From a virus (taxonomy: Duplodnaviria > Caudoviricetes): 64,000 nt of DNA. The notes under the pieces are model-generated. The model searched no databases, was not told the origin of the DNA, and saw nothing but the letters and a program-made list of their open reading frames with translations. Within the stretch, counting starts at the first letter, position 1. Every line of letters starts with the position of its first letter. This document shows, piece after piece, positions 56,247 to 63,634 of the stretch. The position numbers and the translations under genes are program-made. Where the stretch lies: the IMG/VR virus record IMGVR_UViG_3300031994_000043, positions 45,450 to 109,449 of that record; one strand, given 5' to 3'.

Positions 56247-58592
56247 TTATGATTTTTGAGTTTCAGCAGATTTCTCAGATTCTTCAGATTTCGCACCTTC
56301 TTCAGCTGGTTGTGGGTTTTCTTCTGTCTTTTCTTCAGGATTTGGCTTATTAGTTATGGCACTAATAGCATATAACAATTTTAGTCCGTCATCTTTATAA
56401 TTTTCTAACTTCTTTTTAGTTTCGTCATCTAAAGCATTATAGATTTTTTCTACTTTTTCATTGAAATCTTTAACAATAGTTTCTACTTTATTCAAATCTA
56501 TTGTATTTGAAACAACATTTACTAATGTTTTTTTGAGTGTGTTAAGTTCTTCAGCATTTACATCTTCGTTCAAAATGTTCATAATAGTATTTAATGTAGT
56601 ACATTCATTTAGTTTAAAGTAAGTCATAATTGCTTTAATTGCAACAATTTTATCTACTGATTTTTTCTTTAAATAAGTTTCAATGAAAGCAATAAATTTC
56701 TTCTTAAGGTCATCTTCAATGTTATCCATATTAGAAACCATATCTTTTAGTTGTTTTAATGTAGTATCGGATTTATCATTTATATCTGTAATTTTATCGT
56801 TAATTACTTCTAATTTATTATTAGTAGTTAATTCGTCTAAAACGCTTTCTATTGCTTTATATTCTTTATTGAATTGTTCTTTATCTACACCGCTATCTTT
56901 TTCTTCTTCATTCTTTTCTTCTTTTAGTGGAACAATACCAGTTACTTTAGAAGATAAATCATCAGTTTTGAATTTGATTTTAAATTCTGTAACAACTGGA
57001 ATTTCTTTGATTACATTTAATGCTTGCAAAGATTTACTCAATTTATCTTTATACTGAGCAAATGTTTCACTATTCAAAGACATAGAAGGTAACATTATAT
57101 CTTTAGTATAAATGTTAGCAATTCGTTTTAAAGCATCTACTTTTTCAACATCAGTTTCTTCTGTGTTAATTTTATCAAACCAATCAAGTATAGGTTGCTG
57201 GTATTCATTTGGAGTATTCTTTTCAACAGAACCCAAGAATAATTCCATTTTACTGTCTTTAAATTCATCATATAGATTTAATGATTTGAAGAATTTATCG
57301 CACTTGTCAATATGGTTTTTTAACAACAAAACAGCATTCCATAGTTCAGTATATTTTCCATTTTCTGTTTGTTTGGTCTGCCAACCATCTTTAGTTTGTT
57401 TCAAAATATACTTATCATTTTGATTTAGATAACATTCACTGAATACCTGTGTTTGTTTGTAGTACATTGGTATTAGTTCATCATACATCAAAGACTGGAA
57501 AACATGTTTAAATTGTTCGCATTTCTTTTTATCTTCTTCAGTAGATTCTTTCTTTATTTGAGAAGGTAAATAATTACCTTTTTTAGCTTCTTCGTATTTG
57601 GGCTTAAATTCATTTATCTTTTTATCAACAGTTTTTGAAGTTACATATTTGTAAATTTTGCCTTTTGGACTAATGAATTTTCTCAACAAGTTACCCAAAC
57701 CGTGAACACCGACTGCAATCATTTTAACACCAATTACAGCCGCTCTTGCTATATCATTCTCTAAATTATGAGGAGAATTTTTAACTTTGTCTGCAAACTT
57801 GCTACCTAGTTCAGCTAATTTAGCTGCGCCCTGACCAGCAATTTTAGTAAATTTTTGACTGAAACCTTTTGGAGGTAAACCCGTAGCAGGATCTACCCAT
57901 TTATAATCTTTTTCTGTCATTTTCTTTTGCTGTTCTTTCATACCATTATCAAACGCATTAGAAAATGTATCGTGATACTTTATGAAATCTTTTTGAATTT
58001 CTTTTTTAACTTTTTCAATACCTTGAAATCGTGTTTCAGGTTTATTTAATAGTTCTTTACATTGTGTAGCAAGTTTAGCAGATTCACTATCTTTTTCTTC
58101 TTTATTCAATTTATGGGAAACTGTAGTACAAGCAGCAGCAAAATCAAAATATGCTTGCAAATCATTTATTTGTAATAGAACATTGTCTGGGTCATTTTCA
58201 AAGACATCGTTAGTCATATCTTTAAAATCACTCTGACTCATTATAGTAAAACATACAGTTGCTCTATAAGCATAGGTTTCACCCAATTTTTCAAAGGTAT
58301 CTTTACTATATGATTTTACAACACCTTTTTCAAATGAAGATTTTTTAATTTCTTTGTATATAGAAGTCAAATCTATTTTATCATTATTAGTAGATAAATC
58401 TATTTCTTTTCCATCATCATTTGTATAAATCAGGTGATTGCTTTTATCTACTGCTAATGCTCCTTTTCTTTTTTCAAGCCAATTTTCTATTTCATCAGTA
58501 TCGGTTGTATTAAACTTACCTTTACTATAAACTGACTGCTTTTCTGATTCATTCAATGATTGTTTTAAAAATGTGCTAAAATCGTACTTCAT
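56247..58592 (-). CDS. Large helical probable internal head protein (781 aa)
   Basis: N-terminus MKYDFSTFLKQSLNE; internal LNE sites; late promoter 4 nt before ATG. Confidence 0.6.
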   Translation of the reverse strand: MKYDFSTFLKQSLNESEKQSVYSKGKFNTTDTDEIENWLEKRKGALAVDKSNHLIYTNDDGKEIDLSTNNDKIDLTSIYKEIKKSSFEKGVVKSYSKDTFEKLGETYAYRATVCFTIMSQSDFKDMTNDVFENDPDNVLLQINDLQAYFDFAAACTTVSHKLNKEEKDSESAKLATQCKELLNKPETRFQGIEKVKKEIQKDFIKYHDTFSNAFDNGMKEQQKKMTEKDYKWVDPATGLPPKGFSQKFTKIAGQGAAKLAELGSKFADKVKNSPHNLENDIARAAVIGVKMIAVGVHGLGNLLRKFISPKGKIYKYVTSKTVDKKINEFKPKYEEAKKGNYLPSQIKKESTEEDKKKCEQFKHVFQSLMYDELIPMYYKQTQVFSECYLNQNDKYILKQTKDGWQTKQTENGKYTELWNAVLLLKNHIDKCDKFFKSLNLYDEFKDSKMELFLGSVEKNTPNEYQQPILDWFDKINTEETDVEKVDALKRIANIYTKDIMLPSMSLNSETFAQYKDKLSKSLQALNVIKEIPVVTEFKIKFKTDDLSSKVTGIVPLKEEKNEEEKDSGVDKEQFNKEYKAIESVLDELTTNNKLEVINDKITDINDKSDTTLKQLKDMVSNMDNIEDDLKKKFIAFIETYLKKKSVDKIVAIKAIMTYFKLNECTTLNTIMNILNEDVNAEELNTLKKTLVNVVSNTIDLNKVETIVKDFNEKVEKIYNALDDETKKKLENYKDDGLKLLYAISAITNKPNPEEKTEENPQPAEEGAKSEESEKSAETQKS

Positions 58593-58613
58593 ACTATATT
58601 TATTACTATAAAC

Positions 58614-58641
58614 AAAAACAGTGCCATTTTTCAGGCACTGT
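58614..58641 (-). terminator. Intrinsic terminator
   Basis: ACAGTGCC-N8-GGCACTGT with T-tract on the minus strand. Confidence 0.7.
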
Positions 58642-58672
58642 CAAGGAGTTTTTTAGTTGTATTGAAAATAAA

Positions 58673-59122
58673 TTATTCTTCGTCTTCGTTTTCTTCGTCA
58701 TCCAAATCTTCTTCGTCACCGAAGTCTTCGTCATCGGAACCGGCGAAATCATCGTCTACAGCGTCTTCGTCAGCAACTGGCTTGTAGATAACATAACCAA
58801 GGCCCTGGAGCAAGTCAATGGCATCTGCTTCATCATCGTCATAAAGTGGGTTGCCATCTTCATCTTCTTCTGTTGTGTCAATTTCACCAACAGGAATCAA
58901 AGTAGCACCGCATTCAGGACAGACAGGGTTTGCCATATCCAATTCTACAGGTTCTTCAGCACCATCTTCTTCGCCGGCATCAGTATCATCGGCAACATCG
59001 TCAATGTCGGTATCTTCTTCAGTATCAACATCGGTGAGTTCCAAATCTTCTTCGTCTTCAACGAGATATTTCTTTGCTCTATTTAAATAATTTTCGTATA
59101 AATCCATTTTTGTGTTCTCCAT
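58673..59122 (-). CDS. Very acidic protein with CPECG motif
   Basis: Asp/Glu-rich; late promoter 59138-59145. Confidence 0.7.
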   Translation of the reverse strand: MENTKMDLYENYLNRAKKYLVEDEEDLELTDVDTEEDTDIDDVADDTDAGEEDGAEEPVELDMANPVCPECGATLIPVGEIDTTEEDEDGNPLYDDDEADAIDLLQGLGYVIYKPVADEDAVDDDFAGSDDEDFGDEEDLDDEENEDEE

Positions 59123-59151
59123 TAAAATTGTTTATAGTATTTATAATAATT

Positions 59152-59502
59152 TTATTTACTAAAGTATCTTAATTTGTCGTATATTTCCATTTCACAATAC
59201 CAAGGATTTATATTGATGCCCTGGTCTTTTAAGTCATTTGCTAATTTAGTTGCAGCTCTTTTAGTTGCTCTTCTCAATTCAGGTGAAGTATATTCAAATC
59301 GTTTCAAATAGTCAGGTGATATATTGCCGTATTCGTCAACTTGTGGTGGAATATCAGCTAGTTCTTCGTCATAGAGTTGGTCAGCTACATCTTGAATAAC
59401 ACTTTGTATGTATGCCCTTTCCCAAGTCTCATTTAAAACTTGATTATCTTCAAGTACAAAACCATTTTCTGCAAGTATCTGTTTAGCTTCGTTTAATTCC
59501 AT
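59152..59502 (-). CDS. Leader-family protein, unknown cargo
   Basis: MELNEAKQILAENGFVLE; start trimmed from 59526. Confidence 0.75.
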   Translation of the reverse strand: MELNEAKQILAENGFVLEDNQVLNETWERAYIQSVIQDVADQLYDEELADIPPQVDEYGNISPDYLKRFEYTSPELRRATKRAATKLANDLKDQGININPWYCEMEIYDKLRYFSK

Positions 59503-59503
59503 A

Positions 59504-60091
59504 TTATACCTTAACATAACCAGCATTTATCATATAGTTTAATATATCAGGTTTAAAATTACCATATTGGACAGTATCGCCATAACCGAGACTAAAACTT
59601 TTTATCTCTTTAATATCATCTATGCTTGATATACCATATTTTGTATATTCTTGTTTTTTAACATTATCAATGAATACTTGCATACCATATTTTAGATAAT
59701 CGTTTTTAGTACAATACTTATGCGGGTGCATAGAATAATCTCGTTTTTCACCATTAGAATTTACAACTGTAAGTTGATAATAATTATATCTATGTTTTGG
59801 TTTTTGTGGTACTGTTATTGTTCCAGTTCTTTTATATTCTTCTAATCTTTTTTCAACTTCTTCACCATATTCGTATTGGTCTAAAAGTTTAAAAGCAATA
59901 TCTTTAGCACTCATACTACTATTGAATAGTTTATCTAAATCTATATCGTGCTGCAAGTCACCCATTAAATCCCAGGCAGTATTTACAGATACACCATAAA
60001 TTTTAGCAAAAATTTCAATAGCATCATCTTGCTTTGATTCTAACAAAAAACCATTTGTATTTAAAATATGTTTAGCTTCGTCTAATCTCAT
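59504..60091 (-). CDS. Leader-family protein, unknown cargo
   Basis: MRLDEAKHILNTNGFLLE; start trimmed from 60103. Confidence 0.75.
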   Translation of the reverse strand: MRLDEAKHILNTNGFLLESKQDDAIEIFAKIYGVSVNTAWDLMGDLQHDIDLDKLFNSSMSAKDIAFKLLDQYEYGEEVEKRLEEYKRTGTITVPQKPKHRYNYYQLTVVNSNGEKRDYSMHPHKYCTKNDYLKYGMQVFIDNVKKQEYTKYGISSIDDIKEIKSFSLGYGDTVQYGNFKPDILNYMINAGYVKV

Positions 60092-60819
60092 TAACGACTC
60101 CATTTTTTAATTTCTTTTGCAGCTATTTTATTTAAGTCTGCCTTTCTAATTGCTTCAATAGTATCATTTAATGACATTTTAGCAAGTTGCATTATAGCAC
60201 CATTACAATGGTCGGAAGGCCATCTTTGAACATTATTAACATTATCTTCCCAAAGTTTATCTTCAATTTTTCTTTGTACATCTATGAAATAAATGTTAAT
60301 TTCTTGTACAACATTATAAGTATCATCACCAAATATGGTTTCTACATAATCATATATCTTATCATGTCTTCTTTGTGCTTTTGGATTACTAGATAAACCA
60401 CTTTTACCTACATCAACTGCGCCACAATAGAAAGGCCAGAAATCTATTAACATTTCTTTTAGCTTCAATTCCTGTAATTTATCCATTTTTGTACTGTTTT
60501 TTGATTCTACAAGAATGTAACCTTTAGAATTTAAATACTGTTTGGCTTCATAAAATGTACAATCATCAGGAAAACCATTATCTACAAACTCAACAGGTTT
60601 ATCTATATCGTATTCGTTGTTATCTTGTTTGTATTTAATCTGGTATTCAATGAATTTTACACCTTTCAATATATCAGGTTCATAATCGTGCGACATTTCC
60701 TTAACCAAATCATCGGCAAGAACTGTCATAGCATCCTGTATATCGTCAATTTCGTAGCCATCATTATAACAGATTTCTTCAATTTCGTTCAAATCGTCTT
60801 GGGTTACTTCTCTTTCCAT
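60091..60819 (-). CDS. Protein with internal copy of the leader after an acidic N-terminal domain
   Basis: TFYEAKQYLNSKGYILVE at about residues 88-105; TATAAATA 60845-60852. Confidence 0.75.
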   Translation of the reverse strand: MEREVTQDDLNEIEEICYNDGYEIDDIQDAMTVLADDLVKEMSHDYEPDILKGVKFIEYQIKYKQDNNEYDIDKPVEFVDNGFPDDCTFYEAKQYLNSKGYILVESKNSTKMDKLQELKLKEMLIDFWPFYCGAVDVGKSGLSSNPKAQRRHDKIYDYVETIFGDDTYNVVQEINIYFIDVQRKIEDKLWEDNVNNVQRWPSDHCNGAIMQLAKMSLNDTIEAIRKADLNKIAAKEIKKWSR

Positions 60820-60885
60820 AAAAACTCCAAATTCTTTTATAGTATATTTATAACTTTATGTAAATTTTTATAAACCTAACAGTAC

Positions 60886-60973
60886 TGCCCCAGTACGTCG
60901 TTTTCCTGGGGCAATAGTAGGGTTTTATGTATTGAACAAAATCTGGGCAGTGAACGTCGTTTCCTGGGCAGTA
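60886..60973. repeat. GC-rich intergenic direct/inverted repeat cluster
   Basis: ACGTCGTTT(T)CCTGGG(G)CA twice; TGCCCCAG/CTGGGGCA inverted repeat 60886-60913. Confidence 0.6.
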
Positions 60974-60977
60974 ATCA

Positions 60978-61649
60978 TTACTTGGTAATGAATGGTGCTA
61001 CTAATAAGCCCTGTGGATGCTCTTTACTGACTACATTATATACTTCTATCTGCGATTTTGGTAGTTCGTGTAGCTGAATTACTCCAGCTCTCAGTTTCAA
61101 TTCCATACGCAAACATTCGCATAATGCGTAAGCGTCTATTAAATCCGAAGTAGGGCTTACACCTTTTCCGTTATCAACCTCAGGCAAAGTGCTCAAATCC
61201 GGTTTTGTTTCAGTCCACTTATCAAATCCATCTCGCATACCGATTTTATCACTCAAACCATAACCAGAGAAAAACTTCTTATTGGAGTTTACAGAATACA
61301 AACGCATTTTCTGCCCGCGTTCTACTTCAGCAAGTTTAATGTTACCTTCAAATTCAGCAAGTGAGAAAATTTGACCCAAGGCGCCGCTCTTACCATACGC
61401 ATAATCTTCTGTTGCCAGATACTCACAATTTTTAGTCCATTCCAAAATTTTATCTTTCATCCAGTTATATTTGGCATAATCACTGTTGAAATCTTTATTG
61501 TTGTAATAAAGGATATGGTCCTGTTCTAATTTCTTTTTACTAGTAAAACCATAATACTGGACATCCAATATATCCAATGTTTTATCGTCTAATGTTTCTA
61601 CAATAATTCCAGACGATGAAATAGAAAGGTCCTGACCTGCAATTTTCAA
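60978..61649 (-). CDS. RuvC-like Holliday junction resolvase
   Basis: IAGQDLSISSSG, ATEDYAYG, LAEFEG, KKFFSGYG.SDK, SDLIDAYA; TTG start after GAGGTG. Confidence 0.75.
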   Translation of the reverse strand: MKIAGQDLSISSSGIIVETLDDKTLDILDVQYYGFTSKKKLEQDHILYYNNKDFNSDYAKYNWMKDKILEWTKNCEYLATEDYAYGKSGALGQIFSLAEFEGNIKLAEVERGQKMRLYSVNSNKKFFSGYGLSDKIGMRDGFDKWTETKPDLSTLPEVDNGKGVSPTSDLIDAYALCECLRMELKLRAGVIQLHELPKSQIEVYNVVSKEHPQGLLVAPFITK

Positions 61650-61673
61650 AATTCACCTCACAAAATGTTTAAA

Positions 61674-61922
61674 CTATTTACAACCCAAAATCATAGTATA
61701 GTGTCTGTTTTGACACAAGTATTCAATCTTCAAATCGTGTTCAAAGAATTGTATATCTTCCAAAACGAGTGACTGTGGTGCAGCAAATTTTTCTACATCT
61801 TTAAAGACTTTCTCAATTTCTTTATCGGTATTTTCGGAATAGCCTTTAAACATCAATTTGCCTAACTGTGATTTTAATTGTTCGTTAATTTCTTCTACTG
61901 TATTAAATTTGACTTCAAGCAT
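61674..61922 (-). CDS. Hypothetical protein
   Basis: GAGGT SD. Confidence 0.7.
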   Translation of the reverse strand: MLEVKFNTVEEINEQLKSQLGKLMFKGYSENTDKEIEKVFKDVEKFAAPQSLVLEDIQFFEHDLKIEYLCQNRHYTMILGCK

Positions 61923-61951
61923 AAAACTACCTCAAAATTTATGTATAAAAG

Positions 61952-61978
61952 AAAAAACCAGGAATTTGCTTCCTGGTT
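61952..61978 (-). terminator. Intrinsic terminator
   Basis: AACCAGGAA-TTTGC-TTCCTGGTT plus T-tract on the minus strand. Confidence 0.7.
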
Positions 61979-62000
61979 ATAATTTATACGAAAATGAAAC

Positions 62001-62267
62001 TTAATTGTCTTCGGGTCTACCCCATTTATCGCAAAGTTCTTCATAACTCATATCAATAGCTTGTTCTGGTTCAGAGCAATGTCTTCTCCAATCTTCATCA
62101 CATTCATCTGCTAATTCTTTAATCATATCCTGAATGTCAAAGAATTTACAACCTGGATGAGAATCTTCGTATTCGTCAAACCATTTACGCCAGTCACCCA
62201 TATCACTAGCACGTTCTGTGATAAATCCATTATTTGATAAAATTTGTCTTGCTTCGTTTAAATCCAT
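62001..62267 (-). CDS. Leader-family protein, unknown cargo
   Basis: MDLNEARQILSNNGFITE. Confidence 0.75.
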   Translation of the reverse strand: MDLNEARQILSNNGFITERASDMGDWRKWFDEYEDSHPGCKFFDIQDMIKELADECDEDWRRHCSEPEQAIDMSYEELCDKWGRPEDN

Positions 62268-62268
62268 A

Positions 62269-62457
62269 TTAAACTCCTTTTTCTATTGTTTCTATATTTA
62301 TAACTTTAACTCCTTTGCCACCTAGATTATGGTGTCTATCTTCAAACCATTCTTTGATTTTTTCGTTAGTCCATTCATCTGGTACAAAGACTTCGCCAGC
62401 AACATCAGGATACTTCTTTTCTCGTCCAATTACTACATATTCAATAGAAACTTTCAT
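62269..62457 (-). CDS. Hypothetical protein
   Basis: ATGA overlap with HNH gene. Confidence 0.65.
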   Translation of the reverse strand: MKVSIEYVVIGREKKYPDVAGEVFVPDEWTNEKIKEWFEDRHHNLGGKGVKVINIETIEKGV

Positions 62458-62795
62458 TCTTGTTCACCTTCATATCTGTATTCGTTTATTTCGTCCACAG
62501 TATCTACTTCATCAGGTATCAACAAATGCTTCTTTTTCTTTTCTAGCATTTTGGCTTCGTAGTATTCCTTAATAGTAAAGTTGTAATAACAATACTTCAA
62601 GCAATACCCCAACTTAATTAAACACAAGTGGGCTAAGTGGTGGGCACGGGGTGGCAATTCAACCAAGTTTTCTTTCTTGTTTGAACCTCCTTCGCTACGT
62701 GGGATAATGTGGTGCTTTTCAAAATACTTTTCGTTATTCCAATAGTTATCTTGTCCAAGTTTGATTAACTTGTTATAGATTTTTTGGTAGTCCAA
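62454..62795 (-). CDS. HNH endonuclease (T4 Mob-like, short)
   Basis: YQKIYNKLI, EKHHIIPRSEGGSN..NLVEL..RAH.LAH. Confidence 0.8.
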   Translation of the reverse strand: MDYQKIYNKLIKLGQDNYWNNEKYFEKHHIIPRSEGGSNKKENLVELPPRAHHLAHLCLIKLGYCLKYCYYNFTIKEYYEAKMLEKKKKHLLIPDEVDTVDEINEYRYEGEQE

Positions 62796-62799
62796 AAGG

Positions 62800-63267
62800 T
62801 TACTCCTTATTATTTTTTCCTAAATCTAATAAGTATTTGTTCATTACAGTGCCTGGATTTTTCATCATTATATCACCATCATATTCAAGATACAACGGGA
62901 CGGATTTATTGTAAATTCTGTATGGGTTCAAAATATTTTTCTTGTTATAGAAACGAATAGCATTTTGAATACCTATACCAGGTCCGAAATATGATAAAAT
63001 TTCTTCTCTTGTAAAAACCTTTCTTGTGTCAGCATCTCTAAAATTTGTCAATTTATCAAATCTAACCATAAACTCAATGCGTGCACTGAGTGGTAAATGG
63101 TGTAAATTTAATGCTTCAAAAACATTCAAATTCTTTGTAGAAGGTCCGATACAATAAATCATCGGAAATCTATCATAGCCAGGAACTGTTTCTTTAGCAT
63201 TGTGATACTCAAATGTGTACCAATAACCATTTACTATTCTGGTTGTTTTCTCAAAATTTTCATCCAT
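62800..63267 (-). CDS. gp2: DNA end protector protein
   Basis: YTFEY, YDRFPMI, ALNLHHLP..AR. Confidence 0.7.
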   Translation of the reverse strand: MDENFEKTTRIVNGYWYTFEYHNAKETVPGYDRFPMIYCIGPSTKNLNVFEALNLHHLPLSARIEFMVRFDKLTNFRDADTRKVFTREEILSYFGPGIGIQNAIRFYNKKNILNPYRIYNKSVPLYLEYDGDIMMKNPGTVMNKYLLDLGKNNKE

Positions 63268-63288
63268 ATTTTATTTATGAAAAACCTA

Positions 63289-63354
63289 TGTTAATAATAA
63301 TTTACATTATTTTTCAATAAAACCATTGACAACTGTGAAAATTTTATCTATATT
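63289..63354 (+). promoter_or_regulatory. Sigma70-type early promoter with upstream dyad
   Basis: TGTTAA-N6-TTTACA (63289-63306), TTGACA (63326-63331)-17 bp-TATATT (63349-63354). Confidence 0.85.
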
Positions 63355-63384
63355 TATACTGTAAGAATAACAAAAGAGGTTCAA

Positions 63385-63564
63385 ATGTTTTTACTCGGCT
63401 TACTTGGATTTATTGCTGGTATACTTTGGTGTTATATTGGTGCCGGTGAAATGAGTAATCACAAATCCAAAAGATATATTATTTGCTTGTTTATGGCAAT
63501 CGCTTGGATGTGCTTAGGTATGGTCTTTTGGTGCGAACAAATAACTATCAACTATGGATTTTAA
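63385..63564 (+). CDS. 59-aa two-TM membrane protein (absent from ORF track)
   Basis: GAGGT SD; MFLLGLLGFIAGILWCYIGAGEMSNHKSKRYIICLFMAIAWMCLGMVFWCEQITINYGF; own promoter and terminator. Confidence 0.75.
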   Translation: MFLLGLLGFIAGILWCYIGAGEMSNHKSKRYIICLFMAIAWMCLGMVFWCEQITINYGF

Positions 63565-63602
63565 AAATGAACTTTAAAGATTAAGATTTTTGTTGTTACC
63601 TC

Positions 63603-63631
63603 AAAAAAGCGGGAGTTTAACTCCCGCTTTT
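63603..63631. terminator. Bidirectional terminator (repeat family with 50561-50590)
   Basis: AAAAGCGGGAGT-TTA-ACTCCCGCTTTT. Confidence 0.85.
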
Positions 63632-63634
63632 CCG

